This document shows, piece by piece, positions 37,301 through 48,500 of a stretch of DNA of 64,000 nucleotides. Every line of letters begins with the position of its first letter. The stretch's first letter is position 1. Origin of the DNA: a virus; IMG/VR virus record IMGVR_UViG_3300032308_000833, positions 16,763 to 80,762 of that record; one strand, given 5' to 3'. Position numbers and translations under genes: made by a program. The notes beneath the pieces were generated by a model. It was not told the DNA's origin, did no database searches, and was given only the letters and a program-made list of their open reading frames with translations.

Positions 37301-38589
37301 GAATTATGGTTAATCCATCAACCAACGTTGGATATTATTTTGAAATTGTTGCACTAACAGAAAACAATATAGAAAAGTATAGTAATGGATCTAACATTGC
37401 TAATTTATTGTTTTATAAAGTAGGAAAAGATAGCGAAGGAAACCTTGGAGTGCCAGTAAAACTTTGGTCTGGTTCAACAAATGTTTTAGTTGACGACGGT
37501 AACTTTACTGGTCAATATAGATTAACAGGTGAAGAAAATCCAACAGTATACGATATAGCAGTTGAATATCTAGATATAAACCAAACAAGAAAATTTTATT
37601 TGTATATAAATAATAACATAGTTGCCATTGTAGATGACGCAAGTCCACTTCCAATCTATAACAATATGTGTATTTTTACTAGAGGAACATCAAAGGTTAT
37701 GTTCGAAAACATATTTGCACTTGGCAGTAACTATGCAAAAAATATGGAAGAAAGTTTAGATGTCCCTTTTAATAAAATATTTGACAATCAAGAGTTAACC
37801 TCTAATGAAGCATTTAGAAAACATGCTCTTAGTTCAGTAGTTCAGTCTACACATCTATCTGGAATTAGTCCAGCAGAGCCACCATCTTACAATTTTTATT
37901 TTGATGAATTTGGATCAATAATGAGAGAGTGTGCATATTTTAATGTTAAGTTTGACAAAGCATATCCAGCATTATATTCAAAAATATCTCCAACCTTTAA
38001 TCAAATTAAGGGATATACTGTTTCAGGATTTGTACCAGATGCTTATGGAGCAGAGTTTTTAATTTTTAATGCTACGGATACGGCTTTGTCCTTGGATGAA
38101 ACATCTGGAAACTATTTAAGAATTCAGGGAGTTGCTTTTACTCAATCAACTAACAACACATTAACTGTGGATGACTATTATAAAGAAAATTCAAATAATA
38201 TTAAAACACAATACTTAGATGATGCAACTATACAATCAAATGTAATCTCAAAAAATAAATATGACAAATTAAAAAATAGTAAATCAAAGTATGGAACAAA
38301 AGAATTTACTATTGATGTTCCCTATGTACAATCACGTGATGAGGCAGAGTCCTTGCTTGGTTGGATTGTTGACAAAACAATAGACCCTAAGAGTGCAATT
38401 AGTCTAGACATTTTTGCTACACCAATAATTCAATTGGGAGATTTGATAAGTATATATTATAAAGATTTAAATGAAGAAAGTGTTATAGCAGCAGAAGATA
38501 AAAGATTTGTTGTATATAACATTACATATTCAAGATCTTCAATTGGACCAACAATGAAGATATTCTGTTATGAGGTTTCAGATGAGTGA
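34330..38589 (+). CDS. Large tail tip/hub protein
   Basis: ~1420 aa after the Dit-like gene; LNDLAVSSQSSMFFNEEN; C-terminal P.IQLGD.I.I; TAATG overlap favours start at 34330. Confidence 0.65.
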   Translation: MFVKENIKEVFETSNTVGVKGLVLAEWNLNSSENLLKIGNYRYRPLENLSKYKQIFDSYDYKDTGNFYTNATDADIIVDGGVDDDNEPQLFVSNREKESQLFSLEDCFGKFRPRSGINKIRYFNNKYFHNPNSYLSDRPRYYMSDKRDYFKYWSSYRTEDGIERGIAKNISNGKNYIDDVAPFVVYKNSIPTNRIVIKMQTNVGSTDLGSFSTVSGTISDPFYGYENQTTPLVWKVQKLRNNIWTDLISFDQNSTRSDGSKVIKSDGHVELKYGVVTPLKYKDSFNFITILLSSSQLPLTGNYGDAFLVRDNFSGEVGTLYVYNGLGYDEFAANYGWSLLEKEVDKSSLVTELSSPFSYFDNNEKNIKYNQFEYIDGLRVIVTTMNKFDSVFELIELSPRLVADITDNVINYTLNKSISDLNLNGLPVGQLLASGGNLEIIDPSLAFNKNNNLSIISQYLNNNVKFSFYEEVFTGSNDNNYIPLKKFYSDNIPQTDIKNGKTSVELRDLYFYLEQINAPNLFLTNVSVNFAISLLLDYAGFSNYKFKKIDNEKELVIPFFFCNDEKNIAQVLNDLAVSSQSSMFFNEENDLVVMSKNYTVPKINDRSVDMVLYGSNNVLVNKKENIINASLVDTKVLNSGNINYTTRYIQKTLGSIKQATLLDKEKTWVYKPTLLWEVSGKNNTKTVNESASTMSSYILSAIPLASSLNDIAPVIENNTLINNTIDLGENVYWLGNYNGYFYSNGEVIRYDAVEYNVSGFGNLWITNVQDYENYFSQLPFNGKMYPTGLIRIYTELDYVEKNGIKILKNGNVIKNGRAQFGTEITNHYAGLDPYWVNNDNVRGCNMYSEYLFSDKVLDKTVVVGPAGISNNIAKQTTRTSKIKNFLSSSYVSEYDNKNSINNKSGSVQSSALVMTGPSFTFEQKPIDYINYVYKPLNNKFKHFGTRLRIIGNIENNEVRGQSPVGSMTYYVSPGSEPSQNISIGGGSGGLGIMVNPSTNVGYYFEIVALTENNIEKYSNGSNIANLLFYKVGKDSEGNLGVPVKLWSGSTNVLVDDGNFTGQYRLTGEENPTVYDIAVEYLDINQTRKFYLYINNNIVAIVDDASPLPIYNNMCIFTRGTSKVMFENIFALGSNYAKNMEESLDVPFNKIFDNQELTSNEAFRKHALSSVVQSTHLSGISPAEPPSYNFYFDEFGSIMRECAYFNVKFDKAYPALYSKISPTFNQIKGYTVSGFVPDAYGAEFLIFNATDTALSLDETSGNYLRIQGVAFTQSTNNTLTVDDYYKENSNNIKTQYLDDATIQSNVISKNKYDKLKNSKSKYGTKEFTIDVPYVQSRDEAESLLGWIVDKTIDPKSAISLDIFATPIIQLGDLISIYYKDLNEESVIAAEDKRFVVYNITYSRSSIGPTMKIFCYEVSDE

Positions 38590-39064
38590 CGCAACCCCCA
38601 ATACACCACAGGTAATTTATGATTCTAAAAATAATAATTCATTAGTTAAGGTTGCAGATCCACAATATATAATTGTTGGAGATCAAGAAGTATCAATAGA
38701 CATAATGTCTAATATTATATTTGAAGAAATCGGTAGTCAAGAAATTATTAATATTGATAGAAATGATACTGTTTTTGGATCTACTCTTTTGCATGAAGGA
38801 ATTCAAAATAATAACAAAATATTACAAAACTATAACTCATATACTATGGCTCCTGTATCTGGAACCTCTTATGAGTATTTTAAAAACTTTACAATTGATC
38901 TAGGTAAAAAAGTACCTAATGTTGGTAATGGACCAAATGGAGAAAACATATATATAGATGCTTCTAATGAAAGTTTAGTTATAGAATTAGTAAACATAGA
39001 AAGTGATGAACAGGTAGAGATTAATATCTTAATTTCAGGAACTGGGTATTATGATACAATATAA
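38582..39064 (+). CDS. Minor tail protein, putative
   Basis: Tail module synteny; ATG 38582 with GAGG SD. Confidence 0.5.
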   Translation: MSDATPNTPQVIYDSKNNNSLVKVADPQYIIVGDQEVSIDIMSNIIFEEIGSQEIINIDRNDTVFGSTLLHEGIQNNNKILQNYNSYTMAPVSGTSYEYFKNFTIDLGKKVPNVGNGPNGENIYIDASNESLVIELVNIESDEQVEINILISGTGYYDTI

Positions 39065-39078
39065 CTTAGGAGATTTTA

Positions 39079-40242
39079 ATGATTACCGATAAAGGCAAAA
39101 GCATAATATCTAAATATTTGCTTGGACAAATTCCCTCTTATGGCTCTTACATAGCAGTTGGATGTGGAGCACGACCATTGGAACCATACGTAAGTGGTAC
39201 ATTACCAGATTATTCATCTAAGACTGAACTAGATTTTGAGATGTTGAGAGTTCCAGTTTCATCAAAGGGCATAGTAAATGAAGACGGTATATCAAAAATT
39301 GTTCTTACTGCAGAATTACCAACAGAAGAAAGATATGAAATAACAGAGGTTGGCCTTTACTCTGCAGGCTTTAATCCTATAACTGGATCATCAAATAGCA
39401 AATCGTTGCTATCTTTTACTCAATTTGAAAATTGGAAAGTTAATGGGTCTACTACACTAAACTTTGTTGCAGAGCCATTAGACGATCCTTTGATTTTAAA
39501 TATAATAAAAGATTTTTTTACTATAAATAGCCAATCCCTAGAATTAGATATTTTTCAAACAAACGCTGACAACCCTATATTTTTAAATGACTCTAGATAT
39601 CTTAGAAATGAAAGATCAAGATTTTTAAACAACATGGTTGTTATGAGAGGGGACTCTTCAACTTTTACTGGGTCAGCAGGATCTCTTGTTGGAGCGGGTA
39701 ACTTTATTCAATTGTCTGGTACATCAATAGACTTATCTAAATATTCTACATCTGATGAACTTAGATTGGCGTTCAGTGTATTAAATAAAGATGGAACTGA
39801 TGCAGATATTGATACTTCAAAAATTGCAGTAAGGATTTTAGTAGAGTTTTTAGCGTCAACTGTTCCTAGTGCTTATGCAAAAATGGAAGCAAGGGTTGAT
39901 CATGTTAACGATGACTCTGCTTTTGACTTTGATGTAAACAGATATTTTGTTGTAAATAAAGAACTTAAAGATATAAACATAACTCAGGGTTTTCCTTGGA
40001 AATCTGTTGATACAATTAAAGTTTATGCTCAAGTTCTCACTGGTGCATCAACTGCTAATACTGTAGATGATTCTTATTATGTAGCAATAGATGCTTTAAG
40101 AATAGAAAGCAAAAACAATTTAAATCCAGCGTACGGACTAACTGGATATTCAGTAATAAGAAATGCTGATTCTTTACCTATAATTAAAAGTCCCAATACT
40201 AGCAACTACATAGAGTTTAGATTTAGTGTGGATGTTGAGTAA
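39079..40242 (+). CDS. Minor tail/baseplate protein, putative
   Basis: MITDKGK..I..YL; YIAVGCG; ITEVGLY motif typical of baseplate/fibre-attachment proteins. Confidence 0.55.
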   Translation: MITDKGKSIISKYLLGQIPSYGSYIAVGCGARPLEPYVSGTLPDYSSKTELDFEMLRVPVSSKGIVNEDGISKIVLTAELPTEERYEITEVGLYSAGFNPITGSSNSKSLLSFTQFENWKVNGSTTLNFVAEPLDDPLILNIIKDFFTINSQSLELDIFQTNADNPIFLNDSRYLRNERSRFLNNMVVMRGDSSTFTGSAGSLVGAGNFIQLSGTSIDLSKYSTSDELRLAFSVLNKDGTDADIDTSKIAVRILVEFLASTVPSAYAKMEARVDHVNDDSAFDFDVNRYFVVNKELKDINITQGFPWKSVDTIKVYAQVLTGASTANTVDDSYYVAIDALRIESKNNLNPAYGLTGYSVIRNADSLPIIKSPNTSNYIEFRFSVDVE

Positions 40243-40787
40243 TGGTTGATAGTAATATTAAAAAAATAACAATTCTTAAAAAAGATCTTCCTGATTATAT
40301 AGGAGATAACGATAGTTTGTCTTATCAAATAAGATACAGGGTTGTGTCAGAAGATAAAAACAGAACCTCACACTGGTCACCAATTTATAAAGTTGGAGAA
40401 ACTAGTACCTTTGAAGAAGTTGGTTTTGACATTGAAGATATTGCAGGAACGAGTATTCCTCATAATGTTATTATAAATGATGTAGCACATCTTGCAGGAA
40501 TTTCTTGGACTATGCCAGCACTTTTAATAACTAATCCAACTAATGAAGAAAAAATATTACAAGAAAAGCAAGCGTCAATAAAAAACTTTGATATTTATGT
40601 TCAATGGAAAACAGGTGGAACATATGGAAATTGGACATGGGTTGGAGTTTCGCAGGGTACTCAATACTCTATGACATATCCATCTACAGGGCCAACACAT
40701 ATGAAGTTTAGAGTACAAAAGATTACACAAGTTAAACAGGCTTTTGATGCTGCTACATATCTAATTAGTAGTGAACAAACCCTTTAA
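40242..40787 (+). CDS. Minor tail protein (FN3-like), putative
   Basis: YQIRYRVVSEDKNRTSHWS. Confidence 0.45.
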   Translation: MVDSNIKKITILKKDLPDYIGDNDSLSYQIRYRVVSEDKNRTSHWSPIYKVGETSTFEEVGFDIEDIAGTSIPHNVIINDVAHLAGISWTMPALLITNPTNEEKILQEKQASIKNFDIYVQWKTGGTYGNWTWVGVSQGTQYSMTYPSTGPTHMKFRVQKITQVKQAFDAATYLISSEQTL

Positions 40788-40805
40788 TGGTATAATGGAA
40801 TAACT

Positions 40806-41246
40806 ATGGCTAGAATACCTCTCCCAAATCGTGGTCAACCACTTGATGTTGCCTATATGTATCAAATAGCAGATACTTTAAATACATTGTCTACTCAAGT
40901 TTCCCCTTCACTTAATAAATATTTAACAATAGATACTATATCTTCTGGAAAACAAGATGTGAAATCATCTGAAATGAGAATGGTTGGTGGATATGTAGAG
41001 GTTGCAAATAATAGTACAGTTAGTGCTGGAAACGAACTTCCATTTTCTTTAAGTTATTCTGGATTTAAGTATGCTCCAATTGTTACTGCTACCCCAATAA
41101 ATATTGATGGTACTTCTGCTGGATCTGACATTTCTGTAGTGTTAAAAAATGTTACAGTGTCAAAAGTGGATGGAGTTGTAAAGTTTAAAACAAGTGGCAA
41201 TGTTTCTATTGGTATCAATATAATTGCACTTGGAATTCCTAATTAA
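40806..41246 (+). CDS. Minor tail/fibre protein, putative
   Basis: FKYAPIVTAT...INIIALG pattern of H-type-lectin-like fibre termini. Confidence 0.45.
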   Translation: MARIPLPNRGQPLDVAYMYQIADTLNTLSTQVSPSLNKYLTIDTISSGKQDVKSSEMRMVGGYVEVANNSTVSAGNELPFSLSYSGFKYAPIVTATPINIDGTSAGSDISVVLKNVTVSKVDGVVKFKTSGNVSIGINIIALGIPN

Positions 41247-41437
41247 TGTTACAGTGTAAAAAATGTAAGGGAAGAATGTTTCTTGACAGACTTTATAGTT
41301 CACGTCTTCATCTAGAATTATATTGCATGTCTTGTGGGACAAGAGAGTTTATGAACCCACCACAGAGCGTCATAGGAGGATCATGGCTGTTAGAAAAGGA
41401 AATCTTGAGAGCGAAGCATACAATCTCGCCCCTGTAA
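41246..41437 (+). CDS. Small Zn-ribbon protein
   Basis: CKKCKG...YCMSCG. Confidence 0.6.
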   Translation: MLQCKKCKGRMFLDRLYSSRLHLELYCMSCGTREFMNPPQSVIGGSWLLEKEILRAKHTISPL

Positions 41438-41928
41438 TACCTGGCAATAAAAAGGTTTGGTTTTTAAACGGTGAGTTAGTAAGGATTCATCATTTTAATA
41501 AATCTAATGGAATCATGTCTGTATATAATATTAATAAAGATAGAATTGAAAGTTGTTTAATTTCTGATTTTAAAAATAAAAGAGAACGTGCATATACAGT
41601 TAGAGAAACGGCTGAACTAGTAAATAGACATAAAAAATATATGCCATCTTTAATGAGACGAGGGATTATACCATTCCCTACTGGATCACAAAAAGGCGGG
41701 GCACGAGGATGGCAAGTAAGATCATATTATTCAGAATCACAAGTAAAAGACATACGTGATATACTTGCTTCGTACCATATAGGTAGACCAAGGAAAGATA
41801 ATTTAATTACAAATGATATTACTCCTAGTACGCAAGAGTTGACTAGAAGAATGGGTGATGGTATACTTAAATATACGAAGACAGAAGACGGTAGATTTAT
41901 TCCAATTTGGAACGAATCGATTAACTAG
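41383..41928 (+). CDS. HTH (MerR-like) DNA-binding protein
   Basis: AYTVRETAELVNRH...RRGIIP...RSYYSESQV; GGAGGA SD before ATG 41383. Confidence 0.65.
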   Translation: MAVRKGNLESEAYNLAPVIPGNKKVWFLNGELVRIHHFNKSNGIMSVYNINKDRIESCLISDFKNKRERAYTVRETAELVNRHKKYMPSLMRRGIIPFPTGSQKGGARGWQVRSYYSESQVKDIRDILASYHIGRPRKDNLITNDITPSTQELTRRMGDGILKYTKTEDGRFIPIWNESIN

Positions 41929-41943
41929 CAATAAGGAGTGGGT

Positions 41944-42153
41944 ATGCAAGAAAACGATAATACCAAGGTTTCTATTACTCTTGGTTATACATTAAATCTA
42001 GGTAATTTTCAATCACTAAGATTAGATCTTGGTGTGGTAGATTCTAAGAAAGATGGAGAAACTACTAGCGAAGCATTTGAAAGAGTTTATGGTTTTGTTG
42101 AAAGTAAACTTACTGAAAAAATTAACGAAGCAAAAGCAGAAATAATCGATTAG
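41944..42153 (+). CDS. Hypothetical conserved phage protein
   Basis: LGYTLNLGNFQSLRLD; AAGGAG SD. Confidence 0.6.
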   Translation: MQENDNTKVSITLGYTLNLGNFQSLRLDLGVVDSKKDGETTSEAFERVYGFVESKLTEKINEAKAEIID

Positions 42154-42461
42154 TGGCTGAACGCAAAGACCGAATGGCTTTGCTAGGAACATACGCTAAA
42201 CACCATAAGGTTAAGTATGGGCAACAGCCATCAATAAATAAATGGACAGAGCAGTGGTCTGCTGATGCTCTTATAGAATCATACGGTTTAGGTACATGCT
42301 ATGATTTGCTTGAATATTATTTCAAGGTAGCACAAAGTCCTAGTTGGAACTATTTTTCATACAATGCTGAAAAAATTTGGAATGCTAAAATAGATAAAGA
42401 AAAAGATAACTTTGAAAGATTAGAAAGACGAAAAAAAGCAAAGGAGTGGTTAAGTGAATAA
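42153..42461 (+). CDS. Hypothetical protein (helicase-adjacent)
   Basis: Coupled to neighbours; 102 aa. Confidence 0.6.
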   Translation: MAERKDRMALLGTYAKHHKVKYGQQPSINKWTEQWSADALIESYGLGTCYDLLEYYFKVAQSPSWNYFSYNAEKIWNAKIDKEKDNFERLERRKKAKEWLSE

Positions 42462-43680
42462 TGTTGAAGCAAAAGTAATTTCTGCAGTATTACAAGACAA
42501 GCAATTACATGTTCTGCTTCAAAACAATGTTGACAATCTATTAAAAACCCATAATGATATTTGGAACTTTATTAGAATATACTTTGAACAAAACTCCTCA
42601 GTTCCACCAGTATCCCTTGTCGTAGAAAAATTTAGAGACTTTAAGCCAGTAGAAAATGTAGGATCAACAAAACATCATTTAGAAGAATTACAAATTGAAT
42701 ATTTAAACGATAGTCTTAAAGATATATTAAGATCTGCTGCATCTGATGTTTCAGATAACAAAGGTACAGAAGCCTTAAATAATCTTATTACAAAAACTTC
42801 AGAATTAAAAAAGAACACTTCTGCAATACGTGATATTGATGTCACTGACTTACAGTCTGCTATTGCATATTTTGAAAATCTTAAAAAACAACAAGAACTT
42901 GGTTTGGTAGGAATTACCACTGGGCTTCCAGGGTTTGATAACTACTTACCGTCAGGAATCATGCCAGGGCAACTGGGAGTGTTTCTTGCATACCCAGGTA
43001 TAGGTAAGTCTTGGTTAGCCCTTTATTTTGCCGTACAGGCCTGGAAACAAGGCAAATCTCCACTGATCATATCTTTAGAAATGGGTGAAGCAGAAGTCAG
43101 AAATCGTGTCTACACGATCATGGGAGAAGGACTTTGGTCACACAGAAAATTAAGCAAGGGTGAGATTGAACTTGACATGTTTAACAAGTGGCATGCAAAT
43201 AAAATTTCAGGGAAACCAGAATTTCATATTATCTCAAATGACAATGGTGGAGAGATTAATCCATCAGTACTTCGTGGAAAAATAGATCAGTATAAACCAG
43301 ACTTTGTTATTGTTGATTATTTACAACTTATGAGTCCAAACCAAAGGTCTGACAACGAAACGGTACGAATGAAAAACCTTTCAAGAGAACTTAAACTTAT
43401 GGCTATTGGTGAAGAGATTCCTATTATTGCAATATCTTCTGCAACTCCAGACGATGTAAACGATTTGAGCAGTGTCCCAACATTGGGTCAAACTGCATGG
43501 TCTAGACAGATTGCATATGATGCTGATTGGGTAATGGCACTTGGTCGTGCATCCAATAGTGACATTATCGAATGTGCTTTCAGAAAGAACAGAAATGGAT
43601 TTATGGGTGAGTTCCTTGTTCAGGTAGACTTTGATAAAGGGTATTACAGATACAAAGATTATGAAGATAAGCAGTTATAA
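42454..43680 (+). CDS. dnaB: Replicative DNA helicase (DnaB family)
   Basis: GITTG...D; AYPGIGKS Walker A; ISLEM; VIVDYLQL; SRELKLMA; YDAD; KNRNG. Confidence 0.93.
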   Translation: MNNVEAKVISAVLQDKQLHVLLQNNVDNLLKTHNDIWNFIRIYFEQNSSVPPVSLVVEKFRDFKPVENVGSTKHHLEELQIEYLNDSLKDILRSAASDVSDNKGTEALNNLITKTSELKKNTSAIRDIDVTDLQSAIAYFENLKKQQELGLVGITTGLPGFDNYLPSGIMPGQLGVFLAYPGIGKSWLALYFAVQAWKQGKSPLIISLEMGEAEVRNRVYTIMGEGLWSHRKLSKGEIELDMFNKWHANKISGKPEFHIISNDNGGEINPSVLRGKIDQYKPDFVIVDYLQLMSPNQRSDNETVRMKNLSRELKLMAIGEEIPIIAISSATPDDVNDLSSVPTLGQTAWSRQIAYDADWVMALGRASNSDIIECAFRKNRNGFMGEFLVQVDFDKGYYRYKDYEDKQL

Positions 43681-43686
43681 TAGTAT

Positions 43687-44013
43687 GTGGACAATTATCA
43701 TCATAAACCTATCAAGAACTTTAACCTCAGTGGAACCATACACGATGATTCAGCCATTGAAAGGCTTAAATCTGAATATGTAAAACTGCTAGTATCAGAG
43801 ATGAGGCTATCTGGTTATGTGCCAAAATTTGACATAGAACCTGACTTTACGATAGACTATAATCTAAAGACAAAAAGTTTTGAGTTTGAAATAACAATAT
43901 ACGGAATATATGTAGGAAAGAGAAAGAGTGAATGGATAGACGGAATAAGTCAGGCAACACCAATATATACACTAAAGAACAAATCGAAAGAGTCATTGAA
44001 GGATCAGGTTTAA
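43687..44013 (+). CDS. Hypothetical protein
   Basis: ORF between helicase and primase. Confidence 0.55.
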   Translation: MDNYHHKPIKNFNLSGTIHDDSAIERLKSEYVKLLVSEMRLSGYVPKFDIEPDFTIDYNLKTKSFEFEITIYGIYVGKRKSEWIDGISQATPIYTLKNKSKESLKDQV

Positions 44014-44876
44014 ACATTGAGTCACAAGTAGGCTCTGAATTTATTGTATTTTGTCCGTTTCATAATAATCATAGAACTCCAGCAGGCGAAGTTAACATGA
44101 ACACTGGAATGTTTTTTTGTTTCTCTTGTAATAAAATAGCAGATTTAATTGAGTTTGTAATGCATATTACAGGTAGAACATATTTTGAATCCGTGAGATT
44201 TATTAAAGACAAAGAACAGAATATAGATATTGAAAAACAGATTAATAAAAAGTTATCTGTTAAACCAGATTTTGTTCAGTTTGACGAGTTAATAATTAAA
44301 AGATTAAATAATCAGGCTTTAGAGTCTTCAAGGGCAATAGAATATTATGCTAAAAGAAAAGTAACTAAAGAATCAATAGTTAAGTTTGGTTTAGGTTATT
44401 CTGAAAAACAAGATATGGTAACAATACCAGTTCACTCACCAGACGGAATGATGATAGGTTTTGTTGGAAGATCTATCGATGGAAAAGAATTTAAAAATAC
44501 TCCAGGTATGCCAAAATCTAAAACATTGTTTAATCTTAATAGAGTTAAGGCTGCTAATAAAGTTTATGTGGTAGAATCTTCTTTTGATGTTATAAGATTA
44601 GATCAAGTTGGATTTCCAGCAGTTGCAACACTTGGGGCAACAATATCTAGTCAACAGGTAGAGTTGCTTAAAAAATATTTTAATGATATTATTGTTATTG
44701 CAGACAATGATGAAGCAGGAAGTAACATGAAAGACAGGCTTATGGAAAAACTTGGCTCTCGTGTTGGTGTAATAAAGTTAGAAAAGCAGTACAAAGATAT
44801 TGGCGACATGGATGACGAATCTATAAAGAAACTTGAATTTAGATTTGACAACTCTATAATCGCTATGCTAAAATAG
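43932..44876 (+). CDS. dnaG: DNA primase (CHC2 zinc finger + Toprim)
   Basis: CPFH...CFSC; GFVGR; VVES.FD; ADNDEAG; KDIGD. Confidence 0.9.
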   Translation: MDRRNKSGNTNIYTKEQIERVIEGSGLNIESQVGSEFIVFCPFHNNHRTPAGEVNMNTGMFFCFSCNKIADLIEFVMHITGRTYFESVRFIKDKEQNIDIEKQINKKLSVKPDFVQFDELIIKRLNNQALESSRAIEYYAKRKVTKESIVKFGLGYSEKQDMVTIPVHSPDGMMIGFVGRSIDGKEFKNTPGMPKSKTLFNLNRVKAANKVYVVESSFDVIRLDQVGFPAVATLGATISSQQVELLKKYFNDIIVIADNDEAGSNMKDRLMEKLGSRVGVIKLEKQYKDIGDMDDESIKKLEFRFDNSIIAMLK

Positions 44877-44900
44877 AATAGAACAAACAAAGGAGAACGA

Positions 44901-45557
44901 ATGAGCGTAGTAAAGGGATTAAAAAATATCAACGCCCTGCTCGACAAACCAAAATATGAAGGTACAGGATCAAAAGTAAAGTGGTTAAAACTTGCAGATG
45001 GTCAATCAGCAAAAATCAGATTCATTGAAGAACTTGATGAAGATTCTGCTAACTATAATGAAAAACGTGGACTAGCACTAGTTGTTAGAGAACACGTAAA
45101 TCCAAAAGACTACAAGCGTCGTGCTGTAGATACAATGGAAACAGAAGGCCGCGATTGGGCTGAAGAAATGCATCGTAAAGATCCAAAGGCTGGCTGGAGA
45201 GGCCGTCTTCGTTTCTACTGCAACGTTCTTGTAGACGATGGCATTGAAGCACCATATGTTGCAATTTGGTCTATGGGACTAAGCAAGCAATCATCCTTCA
45301 ATACAATTCGTGAATATGCTTTAGAAACAGGAAGCATTTCAAATATTACATGGAAGTTAAAGCGTAACGGTCAGGGAACTGAAACTAGTTACACTCTTAT
45401 TCCATCTGCTCCAGATACAGAACCGTTTAATTGGGAAGGTATTGAACCTCATCCATTAGAATTGGCTCTTAAGAAAGTTCCTTATGCAGAACAAGAGGCT
45501 TTCTACTTGGGGTTTGATTCTCCATCTACTACTTCGTCAACAAACACTGACTGGTAA
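44901..45557 (+). CDS. Single-stranded DNA-binding protein (gp32-like), putative
   Basis: WLKL.DGQS.KIRF; KLKRNGQG.ET.Y; acidic/aromatic C-tail; replication cluster. Confidence 0.7.
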   Translation: MSVVKGLKNINALLDKPKYEGTGSKVKWLKLADGQSAKIRFIEELDEDSANYNEKRGLALVVREHVNPKDYKRRAVDTMETEGRDWAEEMHRKDPKAGWRGRLRFYCNVLVDDGIEAPYVAIWSMGLSKQSSFNTIREYALETGSISNITWKLKRNGQGTETSYTLIPSAPDTEPFNWEGIEPHPLELALKKVPYAEQEAFYLGFDSPSTTSSTNTDW

Positions 45558-45560
45558 TAG

Positions 45561-48500
45561 ATGAGTTATGTAGGCTTACACGTTCACACACACTATTCAT
45601 TATTTGATGGTGTTGCTACTCCAGAAGAATATATAGACCGTGCAGTTGATTTGGGTATGCAAGCAATTGCAATCACAGATCACGGAACCTTATCTGGGCA
45701 TAGAGAACTGTATCGAGGTGCAAAAGCAAAGAACGTTAAGCCTATTCTTGGCGTAGAGGGCTATATGTGTCAAGATAGATTTGATACAAGAGACAAGTCT
45801 GAGAGAGACGGTCAACTTGATTTAGTCTATAACCATATAGTCCTTCTCGCTAAAAATAAGGTTGGTTTAGAAAACTTAAATAAAATAAATGAAATCGCTT
45901 GGACTGAAGGATATTTTAAAAAACCAAGATTTGATTTTGAAATATTAAAACAATATTCAGAAGGTATTATAGTTACATCTGCTTGTCCAAGTAGTGTGCT
46001 TGTTAAAGCCTTGGAAGAAAATGCATTTGCAGTAGCAAAAAAATACATTGAATGGTTTAAAGATACTTTTAGAGATGATTATTATATTGAAGTAATGCCA
46101 CATAATGCTGCTGAGATAAACAAACAACTTATTGCTCTTGCTGACGAATTTGGTGTAAAAGTAGTTGTTACCCCAGACTGTCACCATAGTTGCAAAGAAC
46201 AAAGAGAAGTGCAAGAATTTAAACTGCTGTTAAACACACATGCTAAAGTAGAAAAAGATCATACATACGATAAGTCTAAAAAGCATAAAGATATGATGGA
46301 GCGTTTAGATTATCTGTACGGTAAGGATAGACAGATAACATTTAATAAATTTGACATACATTTGTTAAGTTACGAAGAAATTAAATCTGCCATGGAAAAG
46401 CAGGGCATATTCAGAGAAGACATATACTCTAATACTATAGAGATTGCTAATAAGGTAGAAGAATATGACCTACAAGAGGGCTTAGATTTATTGCCAGTTC
46501 AATACAGAAACCCAGATAAAGAACTTAAAGACATTGCAATGCAAGGTTTGAAAGATAAAGGTTTGTTAGATGACCCTGTATATGTAGAAAGACTTAATGA
46601 AGAGTTGGAAATAATTAAAGACAAAAAGTTTGGTCCATACTTTCTAGTTGTACAGAGCATGATTAACTGGGCTAAAAAAGAAGGAATTATGGTTGGTCCA
46701 GGTCGAGGATCTTCTGCTGGATCACTTTTGTGCTACGCTTTAAATATTACAGACATTGATCCAATTAAACATGGTTTGCTTTTCTTTAGATTTATTAATC
46801 CAGAACGTAATGACTTTCCAGATATTGATACAGATATTCAAGATTCACGTCGTGATGAAGTAAAAGATTATCTAGTTAGACAATATAGACACGTTGCATC
46901 TATTGCTACATTTTTACAATTTAAAGACAAAGGTGTTGTTAGAGACGTATCGAGAGTTTTAAATATTCCTTTGTCAGATGTTAACAAAGTTTTAAAGTTA
47001 GTAGATACTTGGGAAGAGTACTGCAGTTCAAGATCAACAGATTGGTTTAGAGAAAAATATCCAGAAGTAGAGATTTATGGAGAACAACTGCGTGGAAGAA
47101 TTCGTGGTACTGGTATTCATGCTGCTGGTGTTGTAACAAGCAAAAATCCAATCTTTAGATACGCACCATTAGAAACAAGATCATCACCTGGAAGTGACGA
47201 AAGAATTCCAGTAGTTGGTATTGATATGGAAGAAGCAGAAAGAATTGGTTTAATTAAAATAGACGCACTTGGATTAAAGACGCTAAGTGTTGTTAAAGAT
47301 GCTATAGATATGATTAAAGAAAATCATTATGTAGATATAGATCCATTAAAAATTAATATGGAAGATGCTAAAGTTTATGAAATGCTTTCTGATGGATATA
47401 CAAAAGGTGTGTTTCAATGTGAAGCGACACCATATACAAACTTGTTAGTTAAGATGGGTGTTAAGAATTTAAATGAACTTGCTGCATCTAACGCGTTGGT
47501 TAGACCAGGTGCTATGAATACTATTGGTAAAGATTACTTGGCTCGTAAACATGGAAAACAAAATGTATCATATGTTCATCAAGTAATGAAAGAGTTTACA
47601 TCTGACACATACGGATGTGTTTTATATCAAGAACAAGTTATGCAGGCTTGCGTACATCTTGGCGGTATGACAATGGCAGATGCAGACAAGGTTAGAAAGA
47701 TTATTGGTAAAAAGAAAGATGCAAGGGAGTTTGATGTTTTTAAAGAAAAGTTTGTTGAGGGTGCTTCTAAGTATGTTGCTCCTAACGTTGCTCGTGATCT
47801 TTGGCATGATTTTGAAGCACATGCGGGATATTCGTTCAACAAGTCTCATGCGGTTGCTTACTCTACGCTCTCGTATTGGACAGCGTGGTTAAAGTATTAT
47901 TATCCACTTGAGTTTATGTTTGCTTTGCTTAAAAATGAAAGCAACAAAGATACTCGTACTGAATATTTAATTGAAGCAAAAAGAATGGGCATTCCAGTTA
48001 AGTTACCACACATTAATGATTCTGATATAGATTTTAAGATTGAGGGTAAAGGAATTAGGTTTGGACTTTCTGCTATTAAATACATATCTGATAATATTGC
48101 TAAAAAGTATATTGATGCTAGACCGTTTAGTTCATATAAAGAATTAGAAGAGTTTACTTTTACTAAAGGCAATGGTGTAAATAGTAGAGCACTAAATGCA
48201 TTAAAACTTATTGGTGCTGCTACTTTTTCTGACAACCCTAGAAACGATGAAGACATTCGTCAAAACTTATACGAAGTTTTAAACTTACCAGAGTTTAACG
48301 TTACACTTCCAGCACATTATCACGCTTTTATAAAAGAAATAGAAGACTATGATGAAAAAGGTTCATTTGTAATTATGGGTATGGCAAAAAGTATTAAAAG
48401 AAGTAAGGGTTGGTCTAGGGTTGATTTCTTAGATAAAACTGGCAGTGTTGGAATATTTGATGAAGAGCAAACAACTATTGAAACTGGGCAAACATATTTG